A DNA stretch of 64,000 bases, taken from positions 832,001-896,000 of the forward strand of contig CBDCNP010000002.1 of assembly GCA_965219415.1 (NCBI GenBank), read 5' to 3'. Origin of the DNA: Candidatus Marinacidobacterales bacterium. GTDB lineage: Bacteria; Acidobacteriota; Vicinamibacteria; Marinacidobacterales; DATDRI01. The notes below the pieces were generated by a model. It saw only the letters and a program-made list of their open reading frames with translations, searched no databases and was not told the origin of the DNA. Both the position numbers and the translations under genes were made by a program. Shown here piece after piece: positions 10,479 to 21,109 of the stretch; the stretch's first letter is position 1; each line of letters starts with the position of its first letter.

Positions 10479-11520
10479 ATGGGGCTTCCCTTCGCTGCGC
10501 GCGGGTCCTCCCTTCTAATCGTGCTCACCTGTGCCTTCGTACCTGCCTGCTCAGGAGTTGAGGCTGAACCGCCAGACGACCAGACTCCCCTCACCACACA
10601 CAAACTCGTCGTGAGGCAAGGCACGTTCGTCCAGACCGTGCTCCTAACCGGAGAGCTTCAGGCGGTTCGTGCCGATTCCATCAAGGTGCCTAACACACCC
10701 ACGTGGAACGTTCGCATTCGCTGGATGGACGAGGACGGCGCAACCGTCAAAGCGGGACAGAAGATACTCGAGTTCGACAACGCGGCGTTCGTAGCCGAGC
10801 TCGAGGACAAGAAGCTGGGGGCAGCCAAAGCAGAGAAGGCATACCTTCAGCAGGGCGCTCAGAGCAAAGCCGAAACCGCGGAAAAAAACTTTCTGGTCCA
10901 AAAGCAGAAGGCCGAGCTCGAGAAAGCCCGGCTCGATGCCAGGGTTCCCAAGGAGGTTGTGTTCACTCCGCGACTACCAAGACAAACAGCTCGCTCTGCA
11001 GCGAGCGGAGACGGAGTACGTGAAGGCGGCGAAAGATCTCGAAGCGCAGCGGAGGGGCGCTCGCGAGGAGCTGGCGATAAGACGCGCCGAGCTGGACAAG
11101 TCCTTGCACGATATCCGAGTTGCGGAAAAAGCCATCGAGGACTTGACTCTCTACGCCCCTCGCGACGGGATTCTCGTTGTCGGGGAAATCCCCTGGGAGC
11201 GCCGACGCCTGGAGGTCGGCGACACCGTTTGGCTCGGCATGGAAGTGATGACGATCCCCGATCTTAATGCGATGCAAGTCACCGCCTCACTCTCCGACGT
11301 CGACGCAGGGCTAGTCGACGTTTGAATGCCGGTCGAAGTGGTTCTCGACACATATCCAGAGAACCAATTCCGAGGAGTGGTGACCAGCGTCACCACCGTC
11401 GCACAAGAAACCGGGCCTCGGACGCTGCGCAGGGCTTTTCACGTCACCGTTAGTCTGGACGAAACAGATCCTGAGCGAATGCGGCCCGGGATGTCGGTGA
11501 AAGCGCAAGTTCAGAGGGTC
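10479..11520 (+). pseudogene. HlyD/MacA-type periplasmic adaptor 1 (lipoprotein-like), disrupted
   Basis: Signal with ACSG, lipoyl motifs GATVKAGQKILEFD and LYAPRDG, and RMRPGMSV. Frameshift near 10960, TGA at 11323 where Gly is expected, C-terminal domain missing. Confidence 0.75.
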
Positions 11521-11562
11521 TTAGGGAGGGAGATATACTCCGGGGCTCACAGAGCTAACGAT

Positions 11563-12808
11563 ATGTTGAGGTTTCCCATCGGATTGTCACGTCGAACGCT
11601 CGCGCTCGGTATCGCGAGCGTCGCTTTTTTCCTCGCCGCTCTCTCTGGCATCGCTCATCTCGTTGAGGGGACCGGACCGGACTGGACCACCATCGAACGG
11701 ACCGACTTGAGCCTAACGGTCGACGTCTCGGAGAGACTGCAGGCGGTCTACTCTCAGGCGCTGGGACCGCCGGCGGTCAAGTGGATGTGGGAGTTCCAGA
11801 TCGAGGACATGGCGCCCGAGGGTTCGGAAGTGGAAAAAGGTGAGGTCGTGCTGGCATTCGATACGACGGAGCTCGAGCGCCGGCTACAGGAGATCACGGC
11901 CGCATACGACTCCGCGCGGAAGGAGCTCGAGAAGAAAGAAGCAGGTATTGCGATCCAGCGGAGGAACCACGCCCTCCGGATGGCAGAGGCGAAGGCGAAT
12001 CGCCAAAAGGCAGCGCTCAAGCTGGACCGGCCCCGCCAGTTCGTCGCGGCGAACGAGCTCGCGAAGGTCCGTATCGACCTGGATACGTTTGAGAAAGAGA
12101 TCGCCTATTTGCAGGATCGGGAGAAGTCTCTCGAAGTCGCCTTCGAGGCAGAAACCGCGGTACTCCGCGGAGAGCGGGATCGAGTCGCAGGGAGACTTCA
12201 AGAGATCAAGGCCGCCATCACAGCGATGGCGGTCAAAGCACCCCGGAGTGGAACGGTCATCCATACGACGGACGGCCGGGGCGAAAAGAAAAAAGTCGGG
12301 GATCCGTGCTGGCGGGCAGAAAGAGTGCTCGAGATCCCCGACTTGACCAAAATGACGGCCGAAGGCGAGGTTGACGAAGTCGACGCCGGGAAACTAGCGG
12401 TAGGCCAAAGCGTTAAGCTTCGTCTCGAGGCCTAACCCCGACGCCGAGATTACCGGGCGCGTCGAGTCGATCTCCGCAACCGTGGGTCGACCATCGCGTC
12501 GCTCGCCGCTCAAGATCATCCGAGTCCGCATACGCCTGGACGAGAGCGATCCGCTGAGAATGCGACCGGAGATGCGTTTCCGCGGAACGATCGAAGTCGA
12601 GCGAATTCGCAGCGCACTGGTCGTCGCCAAGGACGCTGTAGTGAACACACCGGGCGGCCCCGTGGTTCGCCGGCGCCGGTTCACGGGTCTTCAAACCATT
12701 CCGGTAACCTTGGGGCGTAGCACCGCAGAGCTGGTCGAGATCCTACCGACCGAGAGGCCTTCCATGATCGGGTGCTTCGCGTGGCTCCGCCCTCGCGCCT
12801 GTGGATAA
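11563..12808 (+). pseudogene. HlyD/MacA-type periplasmic adaptor 2, disrupted
   Basis: TM anchor, EGSEVEKGEVVLAFD, coiled coil, VKAPRSG and MRPEMRF. Frameshift with TAA at 12433. Confidence 0.75.
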
Positions 12809-14092
12809 TGAGTGTTCGGGCGAAGAGACTTGGCGCCTGGGGGCTCGGTTCCCTCCTGTTCTTGGTCTCAGGTGCTACCTGGCTGGGGGCGCTCGCTCGA
12901 GAGCGAAAACATCCCGACTATCACGGTCACGCGAACCGCGTTCGTCCATCAGGTCACGGCCGAGGGAGTCTTGAAGGCGGTCCGTTCGACTCCGCTGACG
13001 GTGCCGCAGGAAACACAAGGTCCGACGAAGATCGCATGGTTGATGGAAGACGGAGCTCATGTCCGGTCTGGCGATGTCGTCGTCCGCTTCGATCCGACGG
13101 AGCTCGAGAATCAGCTCATTGATGGCAGCGTGACCCTCTCGACGTCGGAGAGCCAGCTCAGCAAAAAGGAGGTCGAGTCCGGTGCCACGATGAGCAAATT
13201 GGTGGAGGACGAGAAGCTCGCGCGGTCGGAGCTCCAAATGGCGCTGGAGTTTCAAAGCAAGGATCCGGACATTTTTTCGCGCATCGAGATCATCGAATCG
13301 GAAATCGACGAGAAATTGGCAGAAAAGCGTGTTCACCATGCCGAGGACTCCTTGGCGGCACACCGACAGTTGGCCGAAACAGAAATGGACCTGCTATCCA
13401 TCGAGCTGCGCAAGGCCCAGCAGAAGATCGACCATGCACAAAAGGGACTCGCCGCCCTCGAAGTGATAGCACCGCACGACGGCGTTGCTATCTTCAAGCG
13501 GGATTGGCATGGCAATCCAAAACGGGTTGGTGACGTGGTCATGCGAGGTGAACCATTGGCAGAGATTCCCTCGCTCGACGAGATGGAGGCCGAGGTCTTC
13601 GTGCTCGAGGCCGACGCCGGAGGACTCGCCGTTGGACGCCCCGCAGAAGTCGTTCTGGCATCCAACGGCGGAGCCGTCTACCCCGGTGAGATTCGAACGG
13701 TCGATGCCCTGCCCAAACCGAGGATGCGGGGCGTTCCACTCCAGTACTTCTCCGTCACGGTCAAACTGGACCAGACTGATCCCAGCGTGATGAAGCCCGG
13801 GCAAAGGGTCCGCGCGACGCTGACTTTGGAGGAGCGGGAGGAAGCCCTCGTCGTCCCTCGGCAGGCGGTGTTCGATATCGAAACACAGCGAGTCGTCTAC
13901 GTTCTTCGCGGTGGCAATTTCGAAGCGGTCGAAGTCTCACTCGGTCCCACCTCCCTGGGACGGATCGTGATCGAGAGTGGCTTGCAGACAGGCGACCTCG
14001 TCGCGCTTCGAGATCCGGCCGAGCCTACCGGCGAGGGCAGAGCTACTGCCGACGAAGAAAAGGACAAACTGCCCTCGACACCTCCGCGATGA
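12808..14092 (+). pseudogene. HlyD/MacA-type periplasmic adaptor 3, one frameshift near the N-terminus
   Basis: ATG at 12808 (TAATG coupling) encodes MSVRAKRLGAWGLGSLLFLV..., then the frame changes near 12900 into DGAHVRSGDVVVRFD, VIAPHDG, MKPGQRV and ALVVPRQAV. Confidence 0.75.
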
Positions 14093-15324
14093 ACTTCGAA
14101 GAGACTGTGCGCGATGCGCTAGACAGTCTATCCGCGCGCAAGCTCCGCGCCGGCTTGAGCATGCTGGGGATGATTTTCGGAGTCGGTGCGGTCATTGCCA
14201 TGCTCTCGATCGGAGAGGGAGCGGAAAGGCAGGCGCTGGAGTCCATAGAGAGGCTCGGTCTCCGCAACATCTTGGTCCAGTCGAAACAAATAGCGCGAGA
14301 GGATTTGGAAGAGATTCGCAAGAAATCTCCCGGACTATCCCCCAGGGACATGGATGCCATCCTCGAAGCGATTCCAGGCGTCGAAAGAGTCGAGCCACGT
14401 GTCCGGGTGGACCCCTACAAGATCTTGTCTAGGGATGGGAAGGCGGACGCCGATGTACTCGGCGTCTCCCATCGCCACGACGAATGGGCCCATCTCGCCC
14501 TCGCCGAGGGCCGCTTCCTCGACAAGCTGGATGAGGAAACGCACGCACAGGTCGCCGTCATCGGAGCAAACGTGCGGCGCGATCTGTTCGGTTACCGGCC
14601 CGCCGTGGGTAGCCAACTCAAGGTAAACGACGTGTGGCTGGAGGTGGTCGGCGTGCTTCGCCCCGAAGGTGAAGGAGCTAGCAACGTCGACGCTGCTACG
14701 TTGAGGTCGACCACTTTAGAAATCTATCTCCCCTATACGACCGCTCTTCGAAAATTCGAACATGACGCCCTCGATCCCCCTCTGGACTAAATCGTGGTCC
14801 GAGTGCGCGAGGGCGTTTCTTCCTGGCAGACGGCAGCAGTCGTTGAGCCACTACTCGACCTTTTGCACGGTGGCGAAGACGACTACGAGATTGTGGTTCC
14901 CGCGGGTCTTTTGGAACAGAGTCGGCGCACGCAACGACTCTTCAAGATCGTGATGGGCTCGATCGCCGGGATCTCGCTCGTCGTAGGCGGCATCGGCATC
15001 ATGAACATCATGCTCGCCAGTGTGTTGGAAAGAACCCGCGAGATTAGTCTCCGTCGTGCAGTTGGCGCGAGGCAGCGGGATATCCGATACCAGTTTCTAA
15101 TTGAGTCCTTCGTGATCAGCCTGCTGGGCGGAGTGACTGGAATCGCGCTCGGCATGGCGCTGGCGCAGATTGTCGCACACTATGCTGGCTGGCCGACGAT
15201 CGTGACCTGGTGGTCTATCGTTCTTTCGACGGGAGTCTCTGTCTCGGTCGGACTGGCCTCAGGTTTTTATCCGGCCTCGCGTGCTGCCGAGTTGAATCCG
15301 CTCGAAGCCCTCGGACGTGCTTGA
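14089..15324 (+). pseudogene. MacB/FtsX-type ABC permease with internal nonsense codon
   Basis: LSMLGMIFGVGAVIAM, MacB periplasmic core, SLVVGGIGIMNIMLASVLERTREI, YPASRAAELNP. In-frame TAA at 14788-14790 where Glu is expected. Confidence 0.85.
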
Positions 15325-15432
15325 TCGGCGCTTTGAACTAGAGGATGGTTAGTTCTCCCTGTCTGGCTTGGTTCAGATTGGCAACAACGTTGAACGACCG
15401 CCGAATCTTGGCCGCTATCCGGCCGCAAGCAT

Positions 15433-15957
15433 TCAGTGGCCGTGCTTGAGAAGCTGGTCGATCTGAGACACCGCCGTGTCCAATCGCTCGGCGTGTGTGC
15501 CACGGATCTCGACATGAGTCAGGCCGCGATCCACCAGGGCCCGACGGAAGAGCTCGTGCATCTCCTCCCGCCGGGCGCCGCGATCGCGTTGCTCTCCGTC
15601 CGGAGTCCATGGAACGTCGATGCCGGCTAGCAGGTAAAGGTCTGCCGCCCGCTTCTCGAAAGCCTCCTCGATCCACTGAGGGCAGTCGCCGTAGTAGTGG
15701 CGGTTATAGACGATGGCGCTGAGCAGGTCGGTATCTTGGATCAGCAGGCTGGAAGCCTCGGCGGTTTGGTTATCCTCGAGGGCCATCTGGCCACGTGCGA
15801 TGGCCTCGACATCTTCGTACTCGGGAGCGGCGCCCTTGTCGATCACGAACTGGCGTGCGAACTCCGGAACCCAAGCCGTGTCATAGTGCGTGGCGAGTGC
15901 CTCGGCGAGGGTCGTCTTGCCGGTGCACTCGGAGCCCGTCACCACGACGCGGATCAT
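15433..15957 (-). CDS. NadR-type (AAA_28) nucleoside kinase domain protein
   Basis: MIRVVVTGSECTGKTT Walker A, VPEFAR, IQDTD, PWTPDG.QRD; start coupled to the pnuC stop. Confidence 0.85.
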   Translation of the reverse strand: MIRVVVTGSECTGKTTLAEALATHYDTAWVPEFARQFVIDKGAAPEYEDVEAIARGQMALEDNQTAEASSLLIQDTDLLSAIVYNRHYYGDCPQWIEEAFEKRAADLYLLAGIDVPWTPDGEQRDRGARREEMHELFRRALVDRGLTHVEIRGTHAERLDTAVSQIDQLLKHGH

Positions 15958-16517
15958 CACGTGCCCCGCATCGACCGTCGCCACTGGATGAAACCCATAG
16001 CGGCCAGCACAAGAAAGACCGCGTACAGTCCCGCCGTGAGGTAGAGGTCCTTGTACAGGAACATGCCGACGTAGAAGACGTCCACCGCAAGCCAGACCAG
16101 CCAGGATTCGAGCAGCTTTCGAGTCTGCATCCACTGAGCGGCAATGCTGAACGAGGTGAGCATCGAGTCCATGAAAGGTAGCGACGCGTTGGTGAAACGT
16201 GTCAGGGTCTGGCCCAGCAGCACGCTGGCGAGCGTCCCGACCACAAAGAGCACGATACGGGTCCGACTCGACGTCAGCGAAACCTCCAGCTCGCCGTGAT
16301 CCTCACCGCCGTGCCACCATGCCCACCAGCCGTACGCGGCCAGCGCGAAGTACAAACCCTGTAGCCCCATATCGGCGTAGAGCCGGGCGTCGCGGAAGAC
16401 GACTGCGTAGAGGGTGACGCTGACCATGGCCAGCGGCCAGCACCAAATGATCTGGCGGGCCGTCAGGTAGACGGCCGTTAGAGTGAGGACGACGGCTACC
16501 AGTTCGAGGGAAAACAC
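15957..16517 (-). CDS. pnuC: PnuC-family vitamin transporter, probably thiamine-specific (PnuT-like)
   Basis: Multiple TM helices; LYAD, YGWWAW, DS..T..S..AQWM, KLLESWLVWLAVD motifs; under a TPP riboswitch. Confidence 0.85.
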   Translation of the reverse strand: MFSLELVAVVLTLTAVYLTARQIIWCWPLAMVSVTLYAVVFRDARLYADMGLQGLYFALAAYGWWAWWHGGEDHGELEVSLTSSRTRIVLFVVGTLASVLLGQTLTRFTNASLPFMDSMLTSFSIAAQWMQTRKLLESWLVWLAVDVFYVGMFLYKDLYLTAGLYAVFLVLAAMGFIQWRRSMRGT

Positions 16518-16523
16518 GACCCC

Positions 16524-18863
16524 CTAGAAGCCAAGCTCCAGCGAGACGACGAAGTTGCGCGTGGCCAAGGGATAGTAAAAAGGGATGCCGTCGAGCGTGT
16601 CCATGCCAGCGCTGTCCCGAACGAGGAATTGATAACTGTATCCGCTGGGAAGCTGATCGAGACTATTCAGCAGGTTGTTAACGAACAGCGTGATGCTCAC
16701 GTCGGTTCCTTGCCACCAGCGACCCAGACTTTGCGAGGCTCGCAAGTCCAAGTTGGTGAACGATGGTGTCTGGAAATCGGCAAGCCCGGTATTGTCCAAG
16801 TGGGATGTGGCTACGTAGCGACCCAGGAGACCAATGCTGGTATCGCTATTGGCCCATTCGACGCCGAGATTGAAGATAAGCTCGGGGGTCAACAATGGCG
16901 GCACGTCTAGGTAAGTGATGGGCTCGCTTCCAATCCACGCTCCCTGCTCGTCAAAGACATCGTAGAACTGTGTCCATTCGCTGATGCGGTTGCGGCTCAC
17001 GTTCAGGCTGTGGACGACCGACCAGTCCGGTACCGGTACCCACTTGAGATCGACTTCGATCCCACGACGGTACGACCTCTCGACATTGCGCCGTAATGGC
17101 AGGCCAACCTCGGACAGCTCGCCGGTCAAGGCGATCTCGTTCCGGAACTCCATCAGATAGACATTAGCCTGTAGGCCCCACCGGGCGGTGTTGAGATTGA
17201 CGCCGCCTTCGAAGTTGACCACCGACTCGGGTTTCACCGCTTCGAGATCGTGCGGAATGCTGGCGTTGTCCTCACCCAACAATAGATCGAGCCGCGCCGG
17301 CTCGCGCTGTGCCCTCCCGATCGAGCCATAGAGACTCAAGCCGGGCGCGAGGATTTGCCTTACGCCCACCTTGGGGTCGAGAAAGTTCCAGTCGACCGAG
17401 GCCAAATCGACATCCCCGTCGTAAGAAAAACCGGCCCAGCGCCAGTGGAGGTCGCCGAACAGAATCGTTTGCCCAAGCCGATACTCCAGCTTGCCGAATG
17501 CGTTCGCGGTCTCCTTGAAGCCGGTGTTCTTGTAAATCCGACCTCCAGACTCGCTGTCGAGAAAATGGTCACCGGCGAAGTCGTTGTAATGCACACCCAA
17601 CGTCGCCGACAGATTGTCGGCGCTGGTGCTGACGGTAACCATGCTGCCGAAGAATCCCTGGTCAACGCCGAATCGGAGCAGGTCGTTCTGCGCCACCGGG
17701 TCGTCCCAGAGTTGGAACCATCCATCGGCACCGTTGTAATAGAACGACGCGGTCAGCAATGTCTCGCGGCCCAGGTCTCGCATGTACTTGAGCTGTGCGA
17801 AGTCTTGGCCGAAGTTGTCGCGGTCTTCCTCGGTAAGCGGGTTGAAGCGCCGGTTCTCGCGGAGCGCATCCGGTTCGACGGCGAGGTAGGCGAGCTGGGA
17901 CTCCTCGTTGCCGGAGAACGCAACCAGTGTCAGGGACGACCGCTCTCCCTGCCATCCCGCGTTCAGAGAGAAGGTGTGATGCTCGGTGCCGGAGCGTTCA
18001 CGATAGCCGTCAGATTTGGCGTAAGAGAAACGTCCAGAAGCGTAGAGCCCATTTTCGAAGAGACCGGACTCGTAGCCGATAGAGCCACGCGCGGTGTTGT
18101 AGGAGCCCAGTACTAGCCGAGCCTCGCCGCGGTGGTCTCGAGCCGGCGGCCGGCTTGCGAAGTTCACCGAGCCGCCGTAAGCGGGCGAGCCCACCGACGA
18201 GGTGCCGACGCCGCGTTGAATTTGGATGCTGTCGATGCCGCTCAGGAAGTCGTGGAAATTGTTGAAGAACAGAGCGTGCTCCGCCGGGTCGTTGAGCGGC
18301 GCGCCGTCATAGGTCATGCTGATGCGAGTCTGTTGGATGCCGCGCATACTGAAGTACGAGTAATTGGCGCCGACGCCCGAGTCCGAGTACCAGTTCATCG
18401 AGGGAGTGTGCTCCAGCAGCTCAGGAACATCTTGCCCGTAGCTGAATTTTTCGATCTCTTCGCGGTCCATGTTGCGCTTGGTCACCGGAACCTCTTCCCC
18501 AGCTCGAACACCGATGACCGTAACAGACTCTTCGACCGAAGTTACCCATTCGAGCCGGAGCTCGAGCTCGAGACCCTGCGAGGCAACGAGCGCGCGGTGG
18601 CGCAACAGCCGATAGGCGGGGTGTGAAACTCGGAGCTCCCACTCGCCCGGTGGCAGCGAGAGTTGAAAGCTTCCGTTCTCGTCGGTGGTAACGGGCCCTC
18701 GGCCACTTATCTCGATGCGCGCTGTCGCGACGGGCTCGCCGGTGGGAGCAAGAACCACGCCCTCCACAGGAATCGTTGCCTGCGCTTCCCCTCGTGGCAC
18801 GACAACCACTACGAGCATCGCGGCGAGAAAGAGTTGGTTGATTTGGGTGCCGAACATCGTCAT
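16524..18863 (-). CDS. TonB-dependent receptor, probably for thiamine
   Basis: Signal peptide, carboxypeptidase-regulatory-like N domain, plug (GQDVPELL, SMRGI, IQIQRGVGTS, GGSVN), C-terminal Phe; directly downstream of the TPP riboswitch. Confidence 0.9.
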   Translation of the reverse strand: MTMFGTQINQLFLAAMLVVVVVPRGEAQATIPVEGVVLAPTGEPVATARIEISGRGPVTTDENGSFQLSLPPGEWELRVSHPAYRLLRHRALVASQGLELELRLEWVTSVEESVTVIGVRAGEEVPVTKRNMDREEIEKFSYGQDVPELLEHTPSMNWYSDSGVGANYSYFSMRGIQQTRISMTYDGAPLNDPAEHALFFNNFHDFLSGIDSIQIQRGVGTSSVGSPAYGGSVNFASRPPARDHRGEARLVLGSYNTARGSIGYESGLFENGLYASGRFSYAKSDGYRERSGTEHHTFSLNAGWQGERSSLTLVAFSGNEESQLAYLAVEPDALRENRRFNPLTEEDRDNFGQDFAQLKYMRDLGRETLLTASFYYNGADGWFQLWDDPVAQNDLLRFGVDQGFFGSMVTVSTSADNLSATLGVHYNDFAGDHFLDSESGGRIYKNTGFKETANAFGKLEYRLGQTILFGDLHWRWAGFSYDGDVDLASVDWNFLDPKVGVRQILAPGLSLYGSIGRAQREPARLDLLLGEDNASIPHDLEAVKPESVVNFEGGVNLNTARWGLQANVYLMEFRNEIALTGELSEVGLPLRRNVERSYRRGIEVDLKWVPVPDWSVVHSLNVSRNRISEWTQFYDVFDEQGAWIGSEPITYLDVPPLLTPELIFNLGVEWANSDTSIGLLGRYVATSHLDNTGLADFQTPSFTNLDLRASQSLGRWWQGTDVSITLFVNNLLNSLDQLPSGYSYQFLVRDSAGMDTLDGIPFYYPLATRNFVVSLELGF

Positions 18864-18929
18864 TCTCCCTAACGCGGGAGATGACCGACTCGTTCGAGAT
18901 TGCCGGTCTTCCGAGGTGCTAGAAGAGCC

Positions 18930-19010
18930 AGCTGCCGTTCCCTACGCCGGTATCAACCGGATCAGGTTCCGAGGGTTTGCTCTCAGGCCGAGCGGCCACC
19001 CCTAGGCGTA
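18930..19010 (-). ncRNA. TPP (THI-box) riboswitch
   Basis: Minus strand AGGGGTG-GCCGCTCGGC-CTGAGA-GCAAACCC-TCGG-AACCTGATCCGGTTGATACCGGCGTAGGGAA carries the canonical TPP elements (CTGAGA, ACCTGAT, ATACC, CGTAGGGA). Confidence 0.95.
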
Positions 19011-19104
19011 TCTTCAGACACTAGCCTCTCGCTTTCGGCGCGACAAGTCAAGCGGGCACGGAGCGACGGAGCGGGCAGCCCCGCGCCGGCCCATCGACTA
19101 AGCG

Positions 19105-19745
19105 CTAAGCCAGAGTGGCGGCCGGGTCTCGGTAGATCTCCTGAACGCGCTCTACAAGCTTTCCCAAAGCCGCGCCGTCGATGAAGATGTGATTGACCTG
19201 CATTCCGACCGGCACCGAGAGACGATTGTCTTGTTCGGAATGCTGGCCGAAAGCAATTTTGGGCTCTTGCTCCGTGGGGCCCATCACAGGGTGTGTGACC
19301 CCGGTGAAGCGCAACTTGGGCGCGGCCGTGAAGAAGACGTAGTTGAAGTCGTCGGGGGGCTTGGTCTGGAGCGCGCTCTTGGCTTGCTCCAAAACGGGCT
19401 TAGCGCGCTCATTGAAACGCCAAACGTCGGGGTCGTAACGAAAATAGGCCAAGCTGAACATTCCGCCTGGAGCGGGTAGCGTAAGCCCAAGCTGAAGCTC
19501 ATCGTAGAGCACGATCCGATCCTCGACGGGGCGATAGCGGAAGTCCTCGATCTCCTGCATGGCGCGGGCAAAGAAGTAGCACGAGTTGAGGTATATCGGT
19601 ATATCGGTAGCTCGTGCTTGCGAGTGAAATCTCTAAGACCCGTAATATCGGTGTCGACGGTGACAGCATAGATAGGAAATTCAAAACCACGGAAATAATC
19701 GAAGAGCGGTTGCCGGTAGTAGGAATCCACCAAACGGTAGCCCAT
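19105..19745 (-). pseudogene. CatA-like (chloramphenicol acetyltransferase family) O-acetyltransferase, frameshifted
   Basis: RQPLFDYF, IEDFRYR, PKIAFG and the catalytic QVNHIFIDG (HxxxDG). The frameshift comes from an 8-bp tandem duplication at 19590-19605. Confidence 0.8.
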
Positions 19746-19760
19746 GGCCTACCCTTGCAG

Positions 19761-20657
19761 CTAGCTCGCTAGCGCGCGCAGATCGAGCTTTCCATCCTGC
19801 ACCGGAGGACACCAGTAGTATCCCCCTGATACCGGACGTGAGAAACGGAAGAGACCATCGACGATGCCGTCTTCGAGCCCGACCTTTCGCGTGAGTTGCG
19901 CTTCGAAAGCATCCAGCGTCTGCCCGAAGGAAACGAAGACCAGGCCTTCCCCGTCGGCATCGGCCCATGGCATCGACTGCCGGACCACGAACGCCTCCGG
20001 GTCAAAACTCTCTTGAGCGGTTCTCTTGACGTCCGCGGATTCCGGCGCGTCCTCGATCTCCTCGTTGTCACGTAGGCGTCGCCCGATGATGTTGTCCCGC
20101 TCGTCCTGAGTCATCGCCTGGAACCCGACCAGATCGTGCTGCCAGGTTTGCACCGCGACGAAGCTCGAGCCGTCGAGCCCCGCGCCACGCCCCGACACGA
20201 TCGCGGCCGCGACTGCCTTGTCGCCGGTCGGATTCTCGGTGCCGTCTTCGTACCCGGATAGGTCTCTTCCCCGTCCGGACGGCGTCGGGTCGTGCTTGAA
20301 ACTGTCGACCACGCCGGACAATGCGAGAGGCTCTAGCCGTTGTTCGAGATCGAGCGACCGAAGGACCAATTGACCGCGGTCGCCTTCGCCCCGTAGCCAG
20401 CACCAAACGGCAGCCTGCGTAGAAGGGATCTCTATACCCGAACCGGTGAGGCTCGGGAAGGCTCGAAGACCTTCGATACTGCCACCGGTCGTAAGCACGA
20501 GTGAGCTCCCGAGCCCAACTACGATGCCCGCGTCGGTGCCTAGTTCTTGAACTGATTTCACTGCAGCACGCGGGTCATCGCCAGGCGCGAGCTGGAAGAA
20601 AAGAAACCTGCCAAGGCTTGGACCGGGCGCGAGTATTCCAACTTGATGTCGGCTCAC
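19761..20657 (-). CDS. DyP-type peroxidase (proximal His appears replaced by Asp)
   Basis: DLSGYEDGTENP (GxxDG), GSSFVAVQ.W.H, IIGRR, VVRQSMPW, GLVFVSF, GGYYWCPP; GTG start after GGAG. Confidence 0.85.
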   Translation of the reverse strand: MSRHQVGILAPGPSLGRFLFFQLAPGDDPRAAVKSVQELGTDAGIVVGLGSSLVLTTGGSIEGLRAFPSLTGSGIEIPSTQAAVWCWLRGEGDRGQLVLRSLDLEQRLEPLALSGVVDSFKHDPTPSGRGRDLSGYEDGTENPTGDKAVAAAIVSGRGAGLDGSSFVAVQTWQHDLVGFQAMTQDERDNIIGRRLRDNEEIEDAPESADVKRTAQESFDPEAFVVRQSMPWADADGEGLVFVSFGQTLDAFEAQLTRKVGLEDGIVDGLFRFSRPVSGGYYWCPPVQDGKLDLRALAS

Positions 20658-20721
20658 CGTCACACTCCAGAAGATTCTCGATAAGAACCTATCACGACTA
20701 TACTGACCAAGGGAGAAAACC

Positions 20722-21015
20722 ATGAGCGTTAAACCAGCATTAGCAGATCTCGAGAGCGCCCTGCGGGCCGCCGGGCAAGCCCATCACGACTATGAGGGCA
20801 ACTTCCTGAACGGAGAAGCCGACAAGCAGTGGGCCGGTTGGTACGCCGGGTATGTGCTTGGAAGGCTCGGCGATTTCACCTCGCCGACTTCACTCGCCCG
20901 CATGGTGGCCGAGGCCCCATCCGCGGACTATTGGGCTTCCGCGGCTGCGAGCCACATTTTTGCAGCAGCTTTAGCCTCTCGTGGCGGCATTAACCTGACT
21001 CCCACAAGCCCCTAA
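20722..21015 (+). CDS. Small hypothetical protein with AHH.YE...D..W..WYA.Y motif
   Basis: GGAG RBS, ATG start, protein-like composition; divergent from the DyP gene. Confidence 0.6.
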   Translation: MSVKPALADLESALRAAGQAHHDYEGNFLNGEADKQWAGWYAGYVLGRLGDFTSPTSLARMVAEAPSADYWASAAASHIFAAALASRGGINLTPTSP

Positions 21016-21060
21016 GTTAGAGGGGCATACAGCCGATCCCATTGTAGCGGCGGAAAGCGC

Positions 21061-21109
21061 TTGACAATCCGCCCCTCCGAATGTAACACTCCATCCGGAT
21101 ATACGGATG
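21061..21109 (+). promoter_or_regulatory. sahR promoter (-35 TTGACA) and palindromic operator CATCCG-N6-CGGATG over the start codon
   Basis: TTGACA at 21061-21066; perfect inverted repeat at 21092-21109 that includes ATG 21107. Confidence 0.6.
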
